NCBI GenBank assembly: GCA_018896525.1
Contig: JAHIMR010000065.1
Location: forward strand, 8,205 to 72,204
Length of the DNA stretch: 64,000 bases
Reading direction: 5' to 3'
DNA from: Actinomycetota bacterium
GTDB lineage: Bacteria > Actinomycetota > Geothermincolia > Fen-727 > Anoxymicrobiaceae
Below the pieces are notes generated by a model, which saw only the letters and a list, made by a program, of their open reading frames with translations, was not told the DNA's origin and made no database searches. A program made the translations under genes and the position numbers. Position 1 is the first letter of the stretch; the number at the start of each line of letters is the position of its first letter. Shown here piece by piece: positions 51,485-62,918 of this stretch.

Positions 51485-52273
51485 TCAAAGCGAGCCGCTT
51501 AACCCTTCCGCGGCGGTCAGAACATCCGGGCCGCTCTCGGTGATCGCGATTGTGTGCTCGAAGTGGGCGGAGAGGTCCCCGTCCCTGGTACACACCCGCC
51601 AGTAGTCAGGCGAAGCCTCTACCTCCCATGTTCCCGCGTTCACCATCGGCTCAACAGCCAGCACCATCCCCGGCTTCAACACCGGCCCCTTCCCCGGCTC
51701 GCCGTAGTTGGGAATCGGCGGGTCCTCGTGCATGCTGGTCCCAATACCGTGTCCGACGAACCTCCTTACGACCGAATACCCCTCGGACTCGGCCAACTCC
51801 TGAACCGCGTGCGATATATCGGAGAGGTGGTTTCCCGGCCTGCACACCCGTATCCCCGCCTCCAGGGCACGCCTGGTCGCATCGGCAAGCAACCGCGCCT
51901 CGATGTTTCCATCCCCGATCACGACGGTTATCGCCGCGTCCCCGAAGTATCCATCCACCTGGGCCCCGGTGTCCACGCTCAGCAGGTCCCCTTCCTCCAG
52001 CGGCCGCCCGTCCGGAATGCCGTGTACGACCTCAGAGTTCACCGAAGTGCACAGCGTGGCGGGGAAAGGGCCACATCTAATGAAATCCGGCTGGTAATGC
52101 TTGAACGCCGGGATACCGCCACCATTCCTTATTCTCTCCTCCGCGCGCTCATCCAGCTCCTCCGTGGTAACCCCCGCCACGGCGGCGTCGGCCACCGCCG
52201 CCAGGACATCAGCCACCAGCCGGCCCGCCACACGCATCTTCTCTATCTCCCGGCGGGATTTCAAGACGATCAT
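51485..52273 (-). CDS. map: Methionine aminopeptidase type I
   Basis: [32 protein letters not shown]. Confidence 0.96.
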   Translation of the reverse strand: MIVLKSRREIEKMRVAGRLVADVLAAVADAAVAGVTTEELDERAEERIRNGGGIPAFKHYQPDFIRCGPFPATLCTSVNSEVVHGIPDGRPLEEGDLLSVDTGAQVDGYFGDAAITVVIGDGNIEARLLADATRRALEAGIRVCRPGNHLSDISHAVQELAESEGYSVVRRFVGHGIGTSMHEDPPIPNYGEPGKGPVLKPGMVLAVEPMVNAGTWEVEASPDYWRVCTRDGDLSAHFEHTIAITESGPDVLTAAEGLSGSL

Positions 52274-52935
52274 TCGCCCTCCCGCCCCGTTGCCGCGTCG
52301 ATCGCGCTCATTATCTCGGCCGAGACCTCGTCGGGACTCCCCGACCCGTCCACCAAGGCCAGCTTTCCCGACGATCGATAGTACTCTATCAACGGCTCGG
52401 TGCTGCCGGTGTAGACCTCCAACCGGTTTCGAACTGTTTTCTCATTGTCGTCATCGCGCTGGTATAGCTCTCCCTCGCAGGCGTCACACATCCCCCGTCG
52501 AGACGGAGGGTTGAAGCTCACGTGGTAGTTGGCCCCGCAACTCCCGCATACGCGCCTTCCGGTGAGTCGCCGGATGAGTTCCTCGGGGTCGACCGCGATG
52601 TTAACGACCACGTCGATCTCGTCGCCGCCCGACGCCAGGTATCGGTCCAGTGCCTCGGCCTGGTGTTTGTTGCGAGGGAACCCGTCCAGGATGAAACCGC
52701 CCCCGCAGTCAGCGTCGCCGAGCCTGATGGTGACGATGCCTTCCACGATCTCGTCCGGCACCAGTTCCCCGGTGTCCATGAACCGCTTGGCCTTCAGACC
52801 CATGGGGGTCCCTTCGGCCAGGGCGGCCCTGAAGATGTCTCCGGTGGCGACCTGGGGGAGGTCATACCTCGCGGATATTCTTTCGGCCTGAGTTCCTTTT
52901 CCGGCCCCGGGGGGGCCCAGCAGCACGATGTTCAC
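52270..52935 (-). CDS. adk: Adenylate kinase (Zn-lid type)
   Basis: GPPGAGKGTQA, LDGFPR, CGSC...CDAC lid. Confidence 0.97.
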   Translation of the reverse strand: MNIVLLGPPGAGKGTQAERISARYDLPQVATGDIFRAALAEGTPMGLKAKRFMDTGELVPDEIVEGIVTIRLGDADCGGGFILDGFPRNKHQAEALDRYLASGGDEIDVVVNIAVDPEELIRRLTGRRVCGSCGANYHVSFNPPSRRGMCDACEGELYQRDDDNEKTVRNRLEVYTGSTEPLIEYYRSSGKLALVDGSGSPDEVSAEIMSAIDAATGREGE

Positions 52936-52951
52936 TTTAGTCTGGTTCTCC

Positions 52952-54220
52952 TCACTTGCTCAAGAATCCCTCGTAATGCCTCATCTGCATCTGCGACTCT
53001 ATCTGTCTCATGGTTTCCAGTGCCACCCCGACGATGATCAGGATGGCAGCGCCGCCTATCGGCACCTGCGCGGTGCCGAACTGGACGAACATAATCGCCG
53101 GTATCAGGGCGATGACAGCCAGGTATATGGAACCCGGCAGGTTTATACGGTTAACCACCTTTGCTATGTAGTTAGTGGTAGGCATACCCGGTCTGATGCC
53201 GGGTATGAACCCTCCATACTTCTTCAGGTTATCCGCCAGTTCGAACGGGTCGAAGATTATCGCGGTATAGAAGTAGGCGAAGAAGATAATAAGGCCGGTG
53301 TAGGTCACGAAGTACAGTATCGACCCCTCGGAGAAATTGCTGGCGAAACCCTCCAGCGAAGGAAAGAAGTTCGCCAGTATCATCGGGAAGAAGATGACCG
53401 AAGCGGCGAATATTATTGGAATAACGCCGGCGGTGTTCACCTTCACCGGGATGTAGGTGCTGGCTCCCGCGTACATCTTGCGTCCCCTGATCTGCTTCGC
53501 GTACTGCACCGGAATCCTTCTTTCACCCTGCTCGATATACACCACCCCCGCGATGATACCCAGGCCCAGCGCCGCCAGGAGCACCACCCATATTGGATTC
53601 TGGTAATACGCGGCCCTTACCAGGTTGGCCCCCTCGGTGGGCATCGTCGCTATGATGCTCACGAATATCAGGATTGACATCCCGTTCCCGACCCCCCGCT
53701 CGGTGATAAGCTCCCCCAACCACATAAGGAGGGCCATACCGGCGACCATGGTCATTATCACCAGCCCCCCGGACCACACGGTGAGGTCCGGAAAGATGTT
53801 CAGTTCCTTGTTGGCGCTGAAAGATATCAGGAGGCCGGTCGATTCCATCAGGGCCAGCGCCAGAGTCATGTAGCGCGCCACCATGGTGATCTTGCGGCGC
53901 CCCTCCTCGCCCTGCTCGTGCCACTCCTTTATCTTCGGAAGCACCGCCGAGAGCAGTTCCATGATAATCTCGGCGGTGATGTACGGCATTATCCCCAGCC
54001 CGAATACCGCCATCCTCGAAAGCCCTCCACCGGTGAATATATTGAGGAACTTGAGCATCCCGCTGCCCGTCATCTGCTGCCCAAGGGCTTCCAGGTTGAC
54101 CCCCGGCGACGGGATAAAACAGCCGACACGGTATATCGCCAGGATCAAGAATGTGAAGAGTATCTTGTTCCTCAGGTCCGGAATCTTAAACGCGTCACGA
54201 AACCCGGAGAGAATCCTCAA
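52952..54220 (-). CDS. secY: Preprotein translocase SecY
   Basis: LGIMPYITA, GVGNGMS, VIPIIFA, FIPGIRPG. Confidence 0.97.
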   Translation of the reverse strand: MRILSGFRDAFKIPDLRNKILFTFLILAIYRVGCFIPSPGVNLEALGQQMTGSGMLKFLNIFTGGGLSRMAVFGLGIMPYITAEIIMELLSAVLPKIKEWHEQGEEGRRKITMVARYMTLALALMESTGLLISFSANKELNIFPDLTVWSGGLVIMTMVAGMALLMWLGELITERGVGNGMSILIFVSIIATMPTEGANLVRAAYYQNPIWVVLLAALGLGIIAGVVYIEQGERRIPVQYAKQIRGRKMYAGASTYIPVKVNTAGVIPIIFAASVIFFPMILANFFPSLEGFASNFSEGSILYFVTYTGLIIFFAYFYTAIIFDPFELADNLKKYGGFIPGIRPGMPTTNYIAKVVNRINLPGSIYLAVIALIPAIMFVQFGTAQVPIGGAAILIIVGVALETMRQIESQMQMRHYEGFLSK

Positions 54221-54684
54221 GGAGAAACCACCTCTGCCTTTCCGCCGGCGGCTTCTATCTTCTCGCGCGCGCTCCGGGAAAACGCGTGCGCCTTGACGGT
54301 AAGGCTGGTGTTCAGCTCTCCGCTCCCCAGTATCTTTACCCTGCCGCGCTCCTTCTTGACGAGTCCCGCTTCCGCCAGGGCGACGGGATCCACCACATCG
54401 TCAGTGGTGAACCTGTCCAACTGGTGCACGTTCACCAGCGCGTAGACGGTGCGCTTCCTCGGGGTGAACCCCCCCAGCTTGGGGATCCGTCGCACCAGGG
54501 GCATCTGCCCGCCCTCGAAACCCGGCTTCCTGCGGGATCCCGAGCGAGCCCTCTGTCCCTTGTGTCCGCGGCCGGAGGTCCCGCCCCCGCCGGCACCGTG
54601 TCCCCTGCCCACCCGCTTGCGCGCCTTTCGCGAGTCCGGTGCGGGTTTCAGATTATGTAGCCTGATCTCCTCTTTGCTCTCCAT
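54217..54684 (-). CDS. rplO: 50S ribosomal protein L15
   Basis: RVGRG, GHKGQ, FEGGQMPL. Confidence 0.96.
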   Translation of the reverse strand: MESKEEIRLHNLKPAPDSRKARKRVGRGHGAGGGGTSGRGHKGQRARSGSRRKPGFEGGQMPLVRRIPKLGGFTPRKRTVYALVNVHQLDRFTTDDVVDPVALAEAGLVKKERGRVKILGSGELNTSLTVKAHAFSRSAREKIEAAGGKAEVVSP

Positions 54685-54751
54685 CTACCGTTCTTCCTGT
54701 TCCCTAGTATTCTTGCTCCGCTTACTCCAGGACCGGGGCTGAAGTCCCGGC

Positions 54752-54988
54752 TCAAGGTGGGGGTTTTTCCTGTTCTCCGGATTCCTTGCCCCGCCCGCCG
54801 GAATCCGCTATCTCCTCAACGTCCACCAGGTGCTTGACCTTGAACACCATTCCCCTTGTCTCGGGAACGTCCTTTTTCTCCACCGACTGCCCGATCCTTC
54901 TCAGCCCCAGCGCCCTAATGGTCCCTTTCTGATCCGGCGGACACCCGATCATTCCCTTTCTAAGGGTAACCTTAAGTCTCGAGCTCAT
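54752..54988 (-). CDS. rpmD: 50S ribosomal protein L30
   Basis: [23 protein letters not shown]; expected operon position. Confidence 0.93.
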   Translation of the reverse strand: MSSRLKVTLRKGMIGCPPDQKGTIRALGLRRIGQSVEKKDVPETRGMVFKVKHLVDVEEIADSGGRGKESGEQEKPPP

Positions 54989-55502
54989 CGAAGACGCTCC
55001 TCCCCGTGACCTCGTCCACTCGCTTTCCCCGGACCCATGCCACCTCGCGGGCGCTACGGAGGGATCTAAGCCCGTTGACCGTTGCCTTTATGACGTTCAG
55101 GGAGTTATCGGACCCGAGGCTCTTTGTGAGTATGTCCTTCACCCCGGCAAGTTCCAGGACCGGCCGCACCGCACCACCGGCGATGAGACCGGTACCGGGG
55201 GCCGCGGGCTTCAGCATGACCCGCGCCGCGCCGAACTTGCCTAATACCTGGTGAGGTATCGTGCTCTCGACCATGGGTATCTCAAAAAGGCTGTTCTTTG
55301 CCCTCTGGACACCCTTCTCGATGGCCAGGGGAACCTCTCGTGCCTTTCCGTAACCGACGCCCACCCTGCCCCGGCCGTTTCCCACGACCACCAGGGCGGT
55401 AAACGAAAACCTGCGCCCGCCCTTTACCACCTTGGCTACCCGGTTTATGTGAACAACCTGCTCCTCGAGTTCTTCGGCCTCAAATGACTCCCGCTTGTCC
55501 AT
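54972..55502 (-). CDS. rpsE: 30S ribosomal protein S5
   Basis: [25 protein letters not shown]. Confidence 0.97.
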   Translation of the reverse strand: MDKRESFEAEELEEQVVHINRVAKVVKGGRRFSFTALVVVGNGRGRVGVGYGKAREVPLAIEKGVQRAKNSLFEIPMVESTIPHQVLGKFGAARVMLKPAAPGTGLIAGGAVRPVLELAGVKDILTKSLGSDNSLNVIKATVNGLRSLRSAREVAWVRGKRVDEVTGRSVFDELET

Positions 55503-55510
55503 ACCACCTC

Positions 55511-55882
55511 CTAGAATATAAGCCCGTTCTCCCTGGCGGACTCGGCAAGCGCCTTGACCCGCCCATGATACTTGTAACCGCCCCGGTCAAAGACGACCCG
55601 CTGGATCCCGTTCTCTTTCGCCCTCCCGGCAATCATTTCGCCAAGGCGTCTGGCCTCCTCGGTCTTGGATGCTCGCCCTGAGTCCCGGAACCCCTTCTCG
55701 CCGGTGGATGCGGCCGCCAGAGTGACCCCCCGCTCGTCGTCTATCACCTGACAGTACATGTTCCTGTTGCCCCGAAACACCGAGAGCCGGGGTTTCGTGT
55801 CCGTACCATGGATTCTCTTTCTTATCCCTTTACGGCGACGGTCCCTGCCTGTCGTCTTCTTGTTGACAACGATCTTGCTCAC
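55511..55882 (-). CDS. rplR: 50S ribosomal protein L18
   Basis: [21 protein letters not shown]; GTG 55882 overlaps the rplF stop. Confidence 0.95.
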   Translation of the reverse strand: MSKIVVNKKTTGRDRRRKGIRKRIHGTDTKPRLSVFRGNRNMYCQVIDDERGVTLAAASTGEKGFRDSGRASKTEEARRLGEMIAGRAKENGIQRVVFDRGGYKYHGRVKALAESARENGLIF

Positions 55883-56418
55883 TTTATCGCCTTTCCAACC
55901 TTCCTCCGCACGTACTCCCCGCGGTATCGGATGCCCTTGCCCTTGTAAGGGTCCGGCTTGCGCAGGCTCCGTATTTCGGCCGCCACCTGCCCCACGGCCT
56001 GCTTGTCGCACCCGCGCACCACCACCAGCGTGGGGTTCGGCACCTCGAACTCGATCCCTTGCGGCGCCGAAACCGGCTTGGTCGAAGAGTAGCCGAGTTG
56101 CAGCTCGAGGTTTCTGTTGTCTTTCATCGCGGCGCGGTAGCCGACACCGTGTATTTCCAGCACCTTCTCATAGCCGTCGGTAACACCCTTTACCATGTTG
56201 TATATAAGCGTGCGGAACAGCCCGTGCAACGCCCTGTCCCGGGGCTCGTCGCTTTCACGGGTGACCAGAAGCTTGTCCCCTTCCCGCTCCACGCTTATGC
56301 AATCGGGAACAACCCGCTCGAGCTCGCCCCTGGGGCCCTTCACCCGCACCGTTTTACCATCAACCGAAACGATGGCTGCTGCCGGTACTTCTATCGGCGT
56401 TTTTCCTACACGTGACAT
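55879..56418 (-). CDS. rplF: 50S ribosomal protein L6
   Basis: [23 protein letters not shown]. Confidence 0.97.
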   Translation of the reverse strand: MSRVGKTPIEVPAAAIVSVDGKTVRVKGPRGELERVVPDCISVEREGDKLLVTRESDEPRDRALHGLFRTLIYNMVKGVTDGYEKVLEIHGVGYRAAMKDNRNLELQLGYSSTKPVSAPQGIEFEVPNPTLVVVRGCDKQAVGQVAAEIRSLRKPDPYKGKGIRYRGEYVRRKVGKAIK

Positions 56419-56440
56419 GAGTCACTCCCCCTGCAAACCG

Positions 56441-56839
56441 CTACCACACGTAGCAGAGAACCTCTCCGCCGACGCCCTGCCGTCGTGCTTCCTTCTCGGT
56501 CATTACGCCCCTCGACGTGGAGATTATGGCTATTCCAAGCCCCCCCAGCACCCGGGGCATACCATCTTTCCTTGCGTACACCCTGAGGCCCGGGGTGCTT
56601 ATGCGCTTTATCCCCGATATCGCGAACTCCCGTCCCGGGCGGTACTTCAGGTGAACCACGATGGTGTCGAAGTTCCCCTTCTTTATTACCTCGTACTTCT
56701 TGATATAGCCCTCACGGTCAAGTATGCGGGCGATCGCCACCTTGGCATTGGAAGCCGAGACCTCCACGCTCTCCTTATGGGCTCCACCCGCGTTTCTGAC
56801 GCGTGTCAGCATATCCGCGATGGGATCGGTCATCGTCAT
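56441..56839 (-). CDS. rpsH: 30S ribosomal protein S8
   Basis: [30 protein letters not shown]. Confidence 0.96.
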   Translation of the reverse strand: MTMTDPIADMLTRVRNAGGAHKESVEVSASNAKVAIARILDREGYIKKYEVIKKGNFDTIVVHLKYRPGREFAISGIKRISTPGLRVYARKDGMPRVLGGLGIAIISTSRGVMTEKEARRQGVGGEVLCYVW

Positions 56840-56852
56840 CGAAATGCCCTCC

Positions 56853-57038
56853 TTACCAGCTTGACTTGGTAACACCGGGTAGCTCGCCGCGGTGGGCGAG
56901 TTCCCGGAGGCATATCCTGCACAACTGGAACTTGCGGTAGTATGCCCGGCTCCTCCCACAGCGCTTGCAGCGGTTGTACTGCCGGGTCGGATACTTCTGC
57001 TTCCTCTGTTGCCTTACAACTAGAGCCTTTCTCGCCAA
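56853..57038 (-). CDS. rpsN: 30S ribosomal protein S14 (Zn-binding type Z)
   Basis: RCKRCGR...[16 protein letters not shown]. Confidence 0.96.
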   Translation of the reverse strand: MARKALVVRQQRKQKYPTRQYNRCKRCGRSRAYYRKFQLCRICLRELAHRGELPGVTKSSW

Positions 57039-57054
57039 CTTTCCCTCCTGTTGG

Positions 57055-57630
57055 TCAATCCTGCTTGAACGGGAAACCCAGGGCTTCCAGCAGGGCTTCT
57101 CCCTCCCGGTCGGTCTTCGCGGTTGTCACCACACACACGTCCATTCCCCGGACCTTGTCTATCTCGTCGTAATCTATCTCCGGAAAAACAAGCTGTTCCT
57201 CGAGGCCCATGCTATAGTTGCCGTTGCCGTCGAACGACCTCCTGGACAGCCCCCTGAAGTCCCTGACCCGGGGCAAGCTGATAGAGAGCAGGCGATCCAG
57301 GAACTCGTACATCCTGTCACCGCGAAGAGTCACCTTGCACCCTACCGTCATACCCGCCCTGAGCTTGAAGCCGGCCACCGACTTCCGCGCCTTTATCAGC
57401 AGCGGCTTCTGTCCTGTTATCACGGCCAGGTCGGCGGCGGCGGAATCCACCGACTTTGAGGTGGTTGTCCCCTCCCCAACCCCCATGTTGACTACGATCT
57501 TGGTAAGGTGCGGCACCTCCAGGCTGTTTCCGTAGGAGAACTTTTCCATCAGCGCTGGAACGATCTCCTCATCGTACTCCCCCATCAGCCGCGGTATGTA
57601 CCTGTCATTTTCCTGGTTTTGACCTTCCAT
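57055..57630 (-). CDS. rplE: 50S ribosomal protein L5
   Basis: [25 protein letters not shown]; the ORF-track extension upstream of ATG 57630 is repeat-derived. Confidence 0.95.
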   Translation of the reverse strand: MEGQNQENDRYIPRLMGEYDEEIVPALMEKFSYGNSLEVPHLTKIVVNMGVGEGTTTSKSVDSAAADLAVITGQKPLLIKARKSVAGFKLRAGMTVGCKVTLRGDRMYEFLDRLLSISLPRVRDFRGLSRRSFDGNGNYSMGLEEQLVFPEIDYDEIDKVRGMDVCVVTTAKTDREGEALLEALGFPFKQD

Positions 57631-57634
57631 TCTT

Positions 57635-57798
57635 AGTACCTCATTCCATAAATACGCTGGCATTCGAGCGCCGCTGCATCCACACCGGCTGCGTTCCGCT
57701 CCCTCGACGTACTCCAAGAGTACGACTCGGTCGCGCGCCTTGCCGGAGCGGCGCTTCGACGCTCTCGGTGCTTAACCATATCTATGGAAAGAGGCACT
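57635..57798. mobile_element. MITE-like repeat, copy 5 (rplX-rplE)
   Basis: 164 bp; AGTACCTCATTCCATAAATA / TATCTATGGAAAGAGGCACT; overlaps the rplX stop codon. Confidence 0.88.
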
Positions 57799-58115
57799 TA
57801 AAACTCCCGGTCGCAACTCTTGCATACCCTGATAATGGACTTCCCGCCGGTACGCAATCTCCTGACTCGCGTAGGTCTCTCGCAGCCCGAGCACACCAGC
57901 ATCACGTTGGAGATATCGATCGGCAGTTCCCAATCCACGACCCCGCCCTGGGGGTTCGCCTGGCTTGGGCGCATATGCTTCTTAGCCCTGTTTATCCCCT
58001 CCACCAACAGCCGCCTGGAGCCCGGGTCAACCTTCAAGACCTTCCCCCGCCTGCCTTTGTCTTTACCGGTCAGGACCTGGACCGTGTCGCCTTTCCTTAT
58101 ATGCATACTCTTCAT
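57798..58115 (-). CDS. rplX: 50S ribosomal protein L24
   Basis: IRKGDTVQVLTGKDKG, PIDISNV. Confidence 0.96.
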   Translation of the reverse strand: MKSMHIRKGDTVQVLTGKDKGRRGKVLKVDPGSRRLLVEGINRAKKHMRPSQANPQGGVVDWELPIDISNVMLVCSGCERPTRVRRLRTGGKSIIRVCKSCDREF

Positions 58116-58127
58116 GAGCCACTCACG

Positions 58128-58496
58128 TTAAAGCACCTCGGGGGACAACGAGATGATCTTCATAAACTTCTTCTGGCGTAACTCGCGAGCCACCGGCCCG
58201 AAGATCCTGGTTCCCCTCGGGTTCATCTGGTTGTCGATGAGAACCGCCGCGTTCTCGTCGAACTTGATGTAGGTGCCATCGGGACGTCTTTTCTCTTTCC
58301 TGGTCCGGACGATAACCGCTTTTACCACTTCGCCTTTCTTAACCGAGGAGCCGGGTATCGCTTCCTTGACCGTCGCCACGATGATATCCCCTACCGACGC
58401 GTAGCGGCGCCCGGAACCTCCAAGCACCCTGATGCAGAGTATCTGCCGGGCCCCGGTATTGTCTGCTACCTTTATCCTCGATTCCTGCTGAATCAT
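58128..58496 (-). CDS. rplN: 50S ribosomal protein L14
   Basis: [19 protein letters not shown]. Confidence 0.97.
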   Translation of the reverse strand: MIQQESRIKVADNTGARQILCIRVLGGSGRRYASVGDIIVATVKEAIPGSSVKKGEVVKAVIVRTRKEKRRPDGTYIKFDENAAVLIDNQMNPRGTRIFGPVARELRQKKFMKIISLSPEVL

Positions 58497-58558
58497 CTGT
58501 CCTCGCTCACGGCGCTACCGGCCGGGGTCAACCCCCGGCGGGGGCGCGGCCGGTTTTC

Positions 58559-58816
58559 CTACTTGGCCTTCTCCAGGATGGACACCATTCTCCAGTGCTT
58601 GGTGCGTGACAGTGGTCTGGTTTCCATTACCCTGACAAGATCGCCAACCCCACACTGATTCTCTTCGTCGTGCGCGTATAGCTTGGTCGTCCGCTTCATG
58701 GTCTTACCGTACAGCGGGTGCCTAACCATTGACTGGACCGCCACGACGATGCTCTTGTCCATGGCGTCGGATACGACCCTTCCAACCCTTACTTTTCGCG
58801 ACGGCCTTTTCGCCAT
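58559..58816 (-). CDS. rpsQ: 30S ribosomal protein S17
   Basis: [23 protein letters not shown]. Confidence 0.97.
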   Translation of the reverse strand: MAKRPSRKVRVGRVVSDAMDKSIVVAVQSMVRHPLYGKTMKRTTKLYAHDEENQCGVGDLVRVMETRPLSRTKHWRMVSILEKAK

Positions 58817-58825
58817 GTCTACCGC

Positions 58826-59239
58826 CTAAACTTCCTCTGGCTCTTGCTCGACCTCTTCACCGGGCTCTTGCTCTTGCTCGACCTCTTCACCGGGCTCTGG
58901 CTCTTGCTCCTGCTCTTCACCGGGCTCACCAACCGCCTGCCGGAGATCCGGCGCTGACCTCTCCAACTCCTCCCCGGCTTCTGCCGGCTCCTCCCGAATG
59001 GGGCCTACAGGGCCGGCCAGGGCCTCCTCGAATGCCTCGGGATGTATCGCATACTCCCTCTCGGTTATCACCGTGCAGACCCGGGCAATATCCCGACGCA
59101 TATCCTTTATCTTCATCGGGTTATTGAGCTGCCCGGTCGCGTGCTGAAAACGCAGGTTGAAAAGCGTCTCCTTGAGTTCCCGGAGCTTATCGTTCAGCTC
59201 CTCTGAGTCCATCGTCCTGAGCTCTCTCACCTTAGACAT
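58826..59239 (-). CDS. rpmC: 50S ribosomal protein L29 with acidic repetitive C-terminal extension
   Basis: LFNLRFQHATGQL, RRDIARV; tail EPGEE(V/Q)EQE x3. Confidence 0.92.
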   Translation of the reverse strand: MSKVRELRTMDSEELNDKLRELKETLFNLRFQHATGQLNNPMKIKDMRRDIARVCTVITEREYAIHPEAFEEALAGPVGPIREEPAEAGEELERSAPDLRQAVGEPGEEQEQEPEPGEEVEQEQEPGEEVEQEPEEV

Positions 59240-59262
59240 TAACAACCCCCGCTCGAAAACCG

Positions 59263-59685
59263 TTACTCATGCCTGGTTATAAAACGGCACTTGATCGGTA
59301 GCTTATGTGCAGCCAGCCTCATTGCCTCCCTGGCCACCGGCTCGCTGACTCCCCCCAGTTCAAACATGACCTTCCCGGGCTTCACCGGAACCACCCAGAA
59401 CTCCGGGTTGCCCTTCCCGCTGCCCATCCTGGTCTCGGCCGGCTTCTTTGATATCGGCTTGTAGGGAAAGATATTTATCCAGACCTTTCCGCTTCTCTTT
59501 ATATAGCGTGTCATCGCCACCCTTGCCGCCTCTATCTGCCTGGCGGTAATCCAGTGGGGCTCCAGGGCTTGCAGGCCATAATCCCCGAAGTGAACGGAGG
59601 TCCCCCCCTTGGCCTTTCCCTTGAGGCGACCCCTCTGCACTTTTCTGTGTGGCGGCTTTCTGGGTTGAAGCACCTCTCTACTCAC
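59263..59685 (-). CDS. rplP: 50S ribosomal protein L16
   Basis: [25 protein letters not shown]. Confidence 0.97.
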   Translation of the reverse strand: MSREVLQPRKPPHRKVQRGRLKGKAKGGTSVHFGDYGLQALEPHWITARQIEAARVAMTRYIKRSGKVWINIFPYKPISKKPAETRMGSGKGNPEFWVVPVKPGKVMFELGGVSEPVAREAMRLAAHKLPIKCRFITRHE

Positions 59686-60631
59686 CCCCGGACTCTTCTA
59701 CCGCCGTGCTCTCCGGCTCCACCGGCACGGCAGCGTCCCTCTCCTCGGTGGCCTTCCCGGCCTCAGGGGCCTCCGGCGCCCCGGCGGATTCCGCCGCTAC
59801 GGCCGCTTCCGGCTTCTCTTCCGTCTCGGGAGCCGCGGCTTCCGGCTTCTTCGTCTCGGCCATTGGAGCAGGAGCCTTCGCCTTCCGCTTCTCGTTAACT
59901 GCCCGCTCCCCCGAAGTTCTACTATCCTCCCAACGCCTTCCGGCCCGGTTCTTCGATGAGCGTGCCGAGCCAAGCGACGACGGCATCAGGCGGTCCTCGC
60001 CCGGCTTCCCTGTTATATCGCCCTTGTAGATCCACACCTTGACCCCGATGCGCCCGTAGGAAGTCTTCGACTCGACGAACCCGTAATCAACATCGGCACG
60101 GAGCGTCTGCAGCGGCACTCGGCCCTCCCTGTACCACTCGCGGCGCGCCATCTCGGCTCCGCCAAGCCGACCGCTGCACTGCACCTTGATGCCCAGAGCT
60201 CCCAGGCGCATGGTGTTTCCCATCGCCTTCTTCATCGCTCTCCTGAACGAAACCCTGCCCGAGATCTGTTCGGCAATATTTCTCGCAACCAGCACCGCGT
60301 CGAGATCGGGAACCGGAACCTCAAGTATGTTTATGGAAACATCGTGGCCGAACATATTCGTGAGGTCGTCCCTGATCTTGTCCACCTCGCTGCCCTTTCG
60401 CCCGATTACCATGCCCGGGCGAGCAGTGTGGACATCAATGCTGACCACTTTGGCCTTGCGTTCGATCTCCACCCGGGAAACCGCCGCGTTGGAGAGCCGG
60501 TCGGCCAGGAACTCCCGTATCTTGATATCCTCCTGGAGGAGCTCGGCGTACTCCCGATCGGCAATCCAGCGTGATTTCCAGTTCCTTATTACTCCCAGCC
60601 TGAACCCGTAGGGGTGAATTTTTTGACCCAC
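59678..60631 (-). CDS. rpsC: 30S ribosomal protein S3 with long C-terminal tail
   Basis: [31 protein letters not shown]; GTG start at 60631. Confidence 0.96.
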   Translation of the reverse strand: MGQKIHPYGFRLGVIRNWKSRWIADREYAELLQEDIKIREFLADRLSNAAVSRVEIERKAKVVSIDVHTARPGMVIGRKGSEVDKIRDDLTNMFGHDVSINILEVPVPDLDAVLVARNIAEQISGRVSFRRAMKKAMGNTMRLGALGIKVQCSGRLGGAEMARREWYREGRVPLQTLRADVDYGFVESKTSYGRIGVKVWIYKGDITGKPGEDRLMPSSLGSARSSKNRAGRRWEDSRTSGERAVNEKRKAKAPAPMAETKKPEAAAPETEEKPEAAVAAESAGAPEAPEAGKATEERDAAVPVEPESTAVEESGGE

Positions 60632-60632
60632 G

Positions 60633-61283
60633 TCAACTCTCGCCTTTCTCCGTGTCCGTTTCGTTCCCGCCGCCGCCACTCTCTTCCGCCTGCTTCCGGC
60701 TGTCGTCATCCGTCGCCTTCTTCGGGGCCACCTTCTTTGCTGCCGCCTTCTTCTTCGGGGCCGCCTTCTTTGCTGCCGCCTTCTTCTTCGGGGCCGCCTT
60801 CTTTGCTGCCGCCTTGCGCTCCTTCTCGCCCTCCGCCTGCTCCTCGAGCTTCTCCTCTTTGGCCTCGCCCTCTTCTGCCTTTTTCGCCTTTTCCTCCAAG
60901 GCATCGGGCTTTCTTCTCCGGAAACGGCGCTTTCTTTTCGGAGCCGACACCTTTTCCTCCAGGATTATGGTTATATGGCTCGTCCTCTTGTTGATGCGTG
61001 TTGCTCTGCCCATCGCCCTTGGCCTGAACCTCTTCAAGGTCGGCCCCTCATCCACGTACACCGTGGCCACGAACAAATCGTCGGGGTTCATCTTCGCGTT
61101 GTTCTCGGCGTTGGCCGCCGCCGAATCCAGCACCTTGGCCACCACCCGGGCGGCGGCCCTCGGTGTATACTCAAGGATCTGCTGCGCCTTCGCCAGGTCT
61201 TTTCCCCTTATGAGATCGACAACCAGCCGTGCCTTTCTCGGGCTTACCCTGATAAACCTGGCTACCGCTTTGCTACCTTCCAC
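60633..61283 (-). CDS. rplV: 50S ribosomal protein L22 with Lys/Ala-rich C-terminal extension
   Basis: [31 protein letters not shown]; tail [11 protein letters not shown] repeats. Confidence 0.95.
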   Translation of the reverse strand: MEGSKAVARFIRVSPRKARLVVDLIRGKDLAKAQQILEYTPRAAARVVAKVLDSAAANAENNAKMNPDDLFVATVYVDEGPTLKRFRPRAMGRATRINKRTSHITIILEEKVSAPKRKRRFRRRKPDALEEKAKKAEEGEAKEEKLEEQAEGEKERKAAAKKAAPKKKAAAKKAAPKKKAAAKKVAPKKATDDDSRKQAEESGGGGNETDTEKGES

Positions 61284-61302
61284 CTAGATTCAGCCTCCTG
61301 GC

Positions 61303-61593
61303 CTACTTGAGCCGTACACGCTTCTCCTTGGTCAGCTTGCCCCCATGACCACGGAATATCCGTGTGGGAGCAAACTCTCCAAGCTTATGTCCTACCATGT
61401 TTTCGGTGATGTAAACCGGTACGTGCCTCCTGCCGTCGTGAACCGCGATGGTATGCCCGACCATCTCCGGGAAGATAGTGGAGCTGCGCGACCACGTCTT
61501 GAGAAGAGTCTTCTCGTTACGGCGGTTCATATCAATTATCCGCGTCAGAATCTTCTCATCCACGTACGGGCCTTTCTTAAGTGAACGGGACAA
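61303..61593 (-). CDS. rpsS: 30S ribosomal protein S19
   Basis: [26 protein letters not shown]. Confidence 0.97.
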   Translation of the reverse strand: MSRSLKKGPYVDEKILTRIIDMNRRNEKTLLKTWSRSSTIFPEMVGHTIAVHDGRRHVPVYITENMVGHKLGEFAPTRIFRGHGGKLTKEKRVRLK

Positions 61594-61623
61594 CTCATCC
61601 TCCCTTTGAACCCCGGGCTACTA

Positions 61624-61787
61624 TGTACCCCGCTCCATAAATACGCTGGCATTCGAGCGCCGCTGCATCCACTCCGGCCGCGTTCCGCTCCCTCGACGTA
61701 CTACAAGAGTATGACTCGGTCGCGCGCCTTGCCGGAGCGGCGCGGAGGCGCTCTCGGTGCTTAACCGTACTTATAGAACGGGGCACT
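61624..61787. mobile_element. MITE-like repeat, copy 6 (rplB-rpsS)
   Basis: 164 bp; TGTACCCCGCTCCATAAATA / TACTTATAGAACGGGGCACT; overlaps the rplB TAG. Confidence 0.88.
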
Positions 61788-62613
61788 ATGACCTCCTGCT
61801 CCTGACTATCAACTCACTGGAGTGCTTTTTCTTGTTCCTGGTACGGTATCCCAACGTCGGCTTGCCCCACGGGGTGACCGGGTGCCTCCCCGATTTCGAC
61901 TTCCCCTCGCCGCCCCCGTGTGGGTGGTCCACCGGGTTCATCGCCGAACCCCTGGTCTGGGGTCTGATTCCGCGGTGGCGCGAGGAACCGGCCTTTCCGA
62001 TCGTTATCAGTTCGTGCTCTGGGTTTCCCACGACCCCTACCGTCGCCCGGCACTCGAGGCGCACCTTTCGCACCTCGCCCGACGGCAACCGGAGATGCGC
62101 AAACCCGCCCTCGCGGGCCATTATCTGTGCCGATGCCCCCGCCGAACGCACCATCTTGGCGGCGCCGCCGGGCTTGAGTTCCACCGCGTGGACTATGGAC
62201 CCGACAGGGATGTTAACAAGCGGCAGAGCGTTTCCCGGCTTGATGTCCACCTCGGGTCCCGACTCCACGACATCTCCGATCATCAGGTCCACGGGGCACA
62301 GTATATACCGCTTCTCGCCATCCAGGTAATGAAGCAGCGCAAGCCTGGCCGAGCGGTTCGGGTCGTACTCTATCTCAGCCACCCTGGCGGGTACCCCGTC
62401 CTTGTCCCTTCTGAAGTCGACAGTGCGGTACTTCCTCTTGGCGCCTCCGCCCCGGTGGCGCGCTGTCTTACGCCCGTAATCGTTTCTCCCGCCGGTTCTC
62501 TTGATCGGCGAGGTAAGCGACTTCTCGGGAGTACTCCTGGTTATCTCGGAGAAGTCGGATACCGTCGCGAACCTCCTCCCCGGTGAAGTCGGTTTATACT
62601 TTTTTACACCCAC
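61786..62613 (-). CDS. rplB: 50S ribosomal protein L2
   Basis: [25 protein letters not shown]. Confidence 0.97.
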   Translation of the reverse strand: MGVKKYKPTSPGRRFATVSDFSEITRSTPEKSLTSPIKRTGGRNDYGRKTARHRGGGAKRKYRTVDFRRDKDGVPARVAEIEYDPNRSARLALLHYLDGEKRYILCPVDLMIGDVVESGPEVDIKPGNALPLVNIPVGSIVHAVELKPGGAAKMVRSAGASAQIMAREGGFAHLRLPSGEVRKVRLECRATVGVVGNPEHELITIGKAGSSRHRGIRPQTRGSAMNPVDHPHGGGEGKSKSGRHPVTPWGKPTLGYRTRNKKKHSSELIVRSRRS

Positions 62614-62630
62614 TTTTCGCTCCTCAACTC

Positions 62631-62918
62631 TTACCTGCTCTCGAAGAACTCAATCGATTGGCCCGGAGCCAGGGTCACCACCGCCTTCTTACCGGTGGCG
62701 GTGCGGCCCACGGTCATTCCCCGCCTGCGGGGCTTCCCCTTGGTGTTCATCGTGTTCACCTTCACGACCCTGACATCGAACGCCTCCTGGACCGCGTCCT
62801 TTATCTCCGACTTGTTACAGCGGTGGTCCACCATGAACGTATACTTCCCATGGTCTATCCCTGAATAACTCTTCTCGCTTATGATCGGGTAGAAGATGAC
62901 ATCATGCGGATGCTTCAT
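62631..62918 (-). CDS. rplW: 50S ribosomal protein L23
   Basis: PIISEKS, NKSEIK, KKAVVTL; start set to ATG 62918. Confidence 0.95.
   Translation of the reverse strand: MKHPHDVIFYPIISEKSYSGIDHGKYTFMVDHRCNKSEIKDAVQEAFDVRVVKVNTMNTKGKPRRRGMTVGRTATGKKAVVTLAPGQSIEFFESR

Noticed and set aside
60632-60904. Arg-rich N-terminal extension of rpsC
   Set aside because: Alternative frame of the rplV low-complexity tail.
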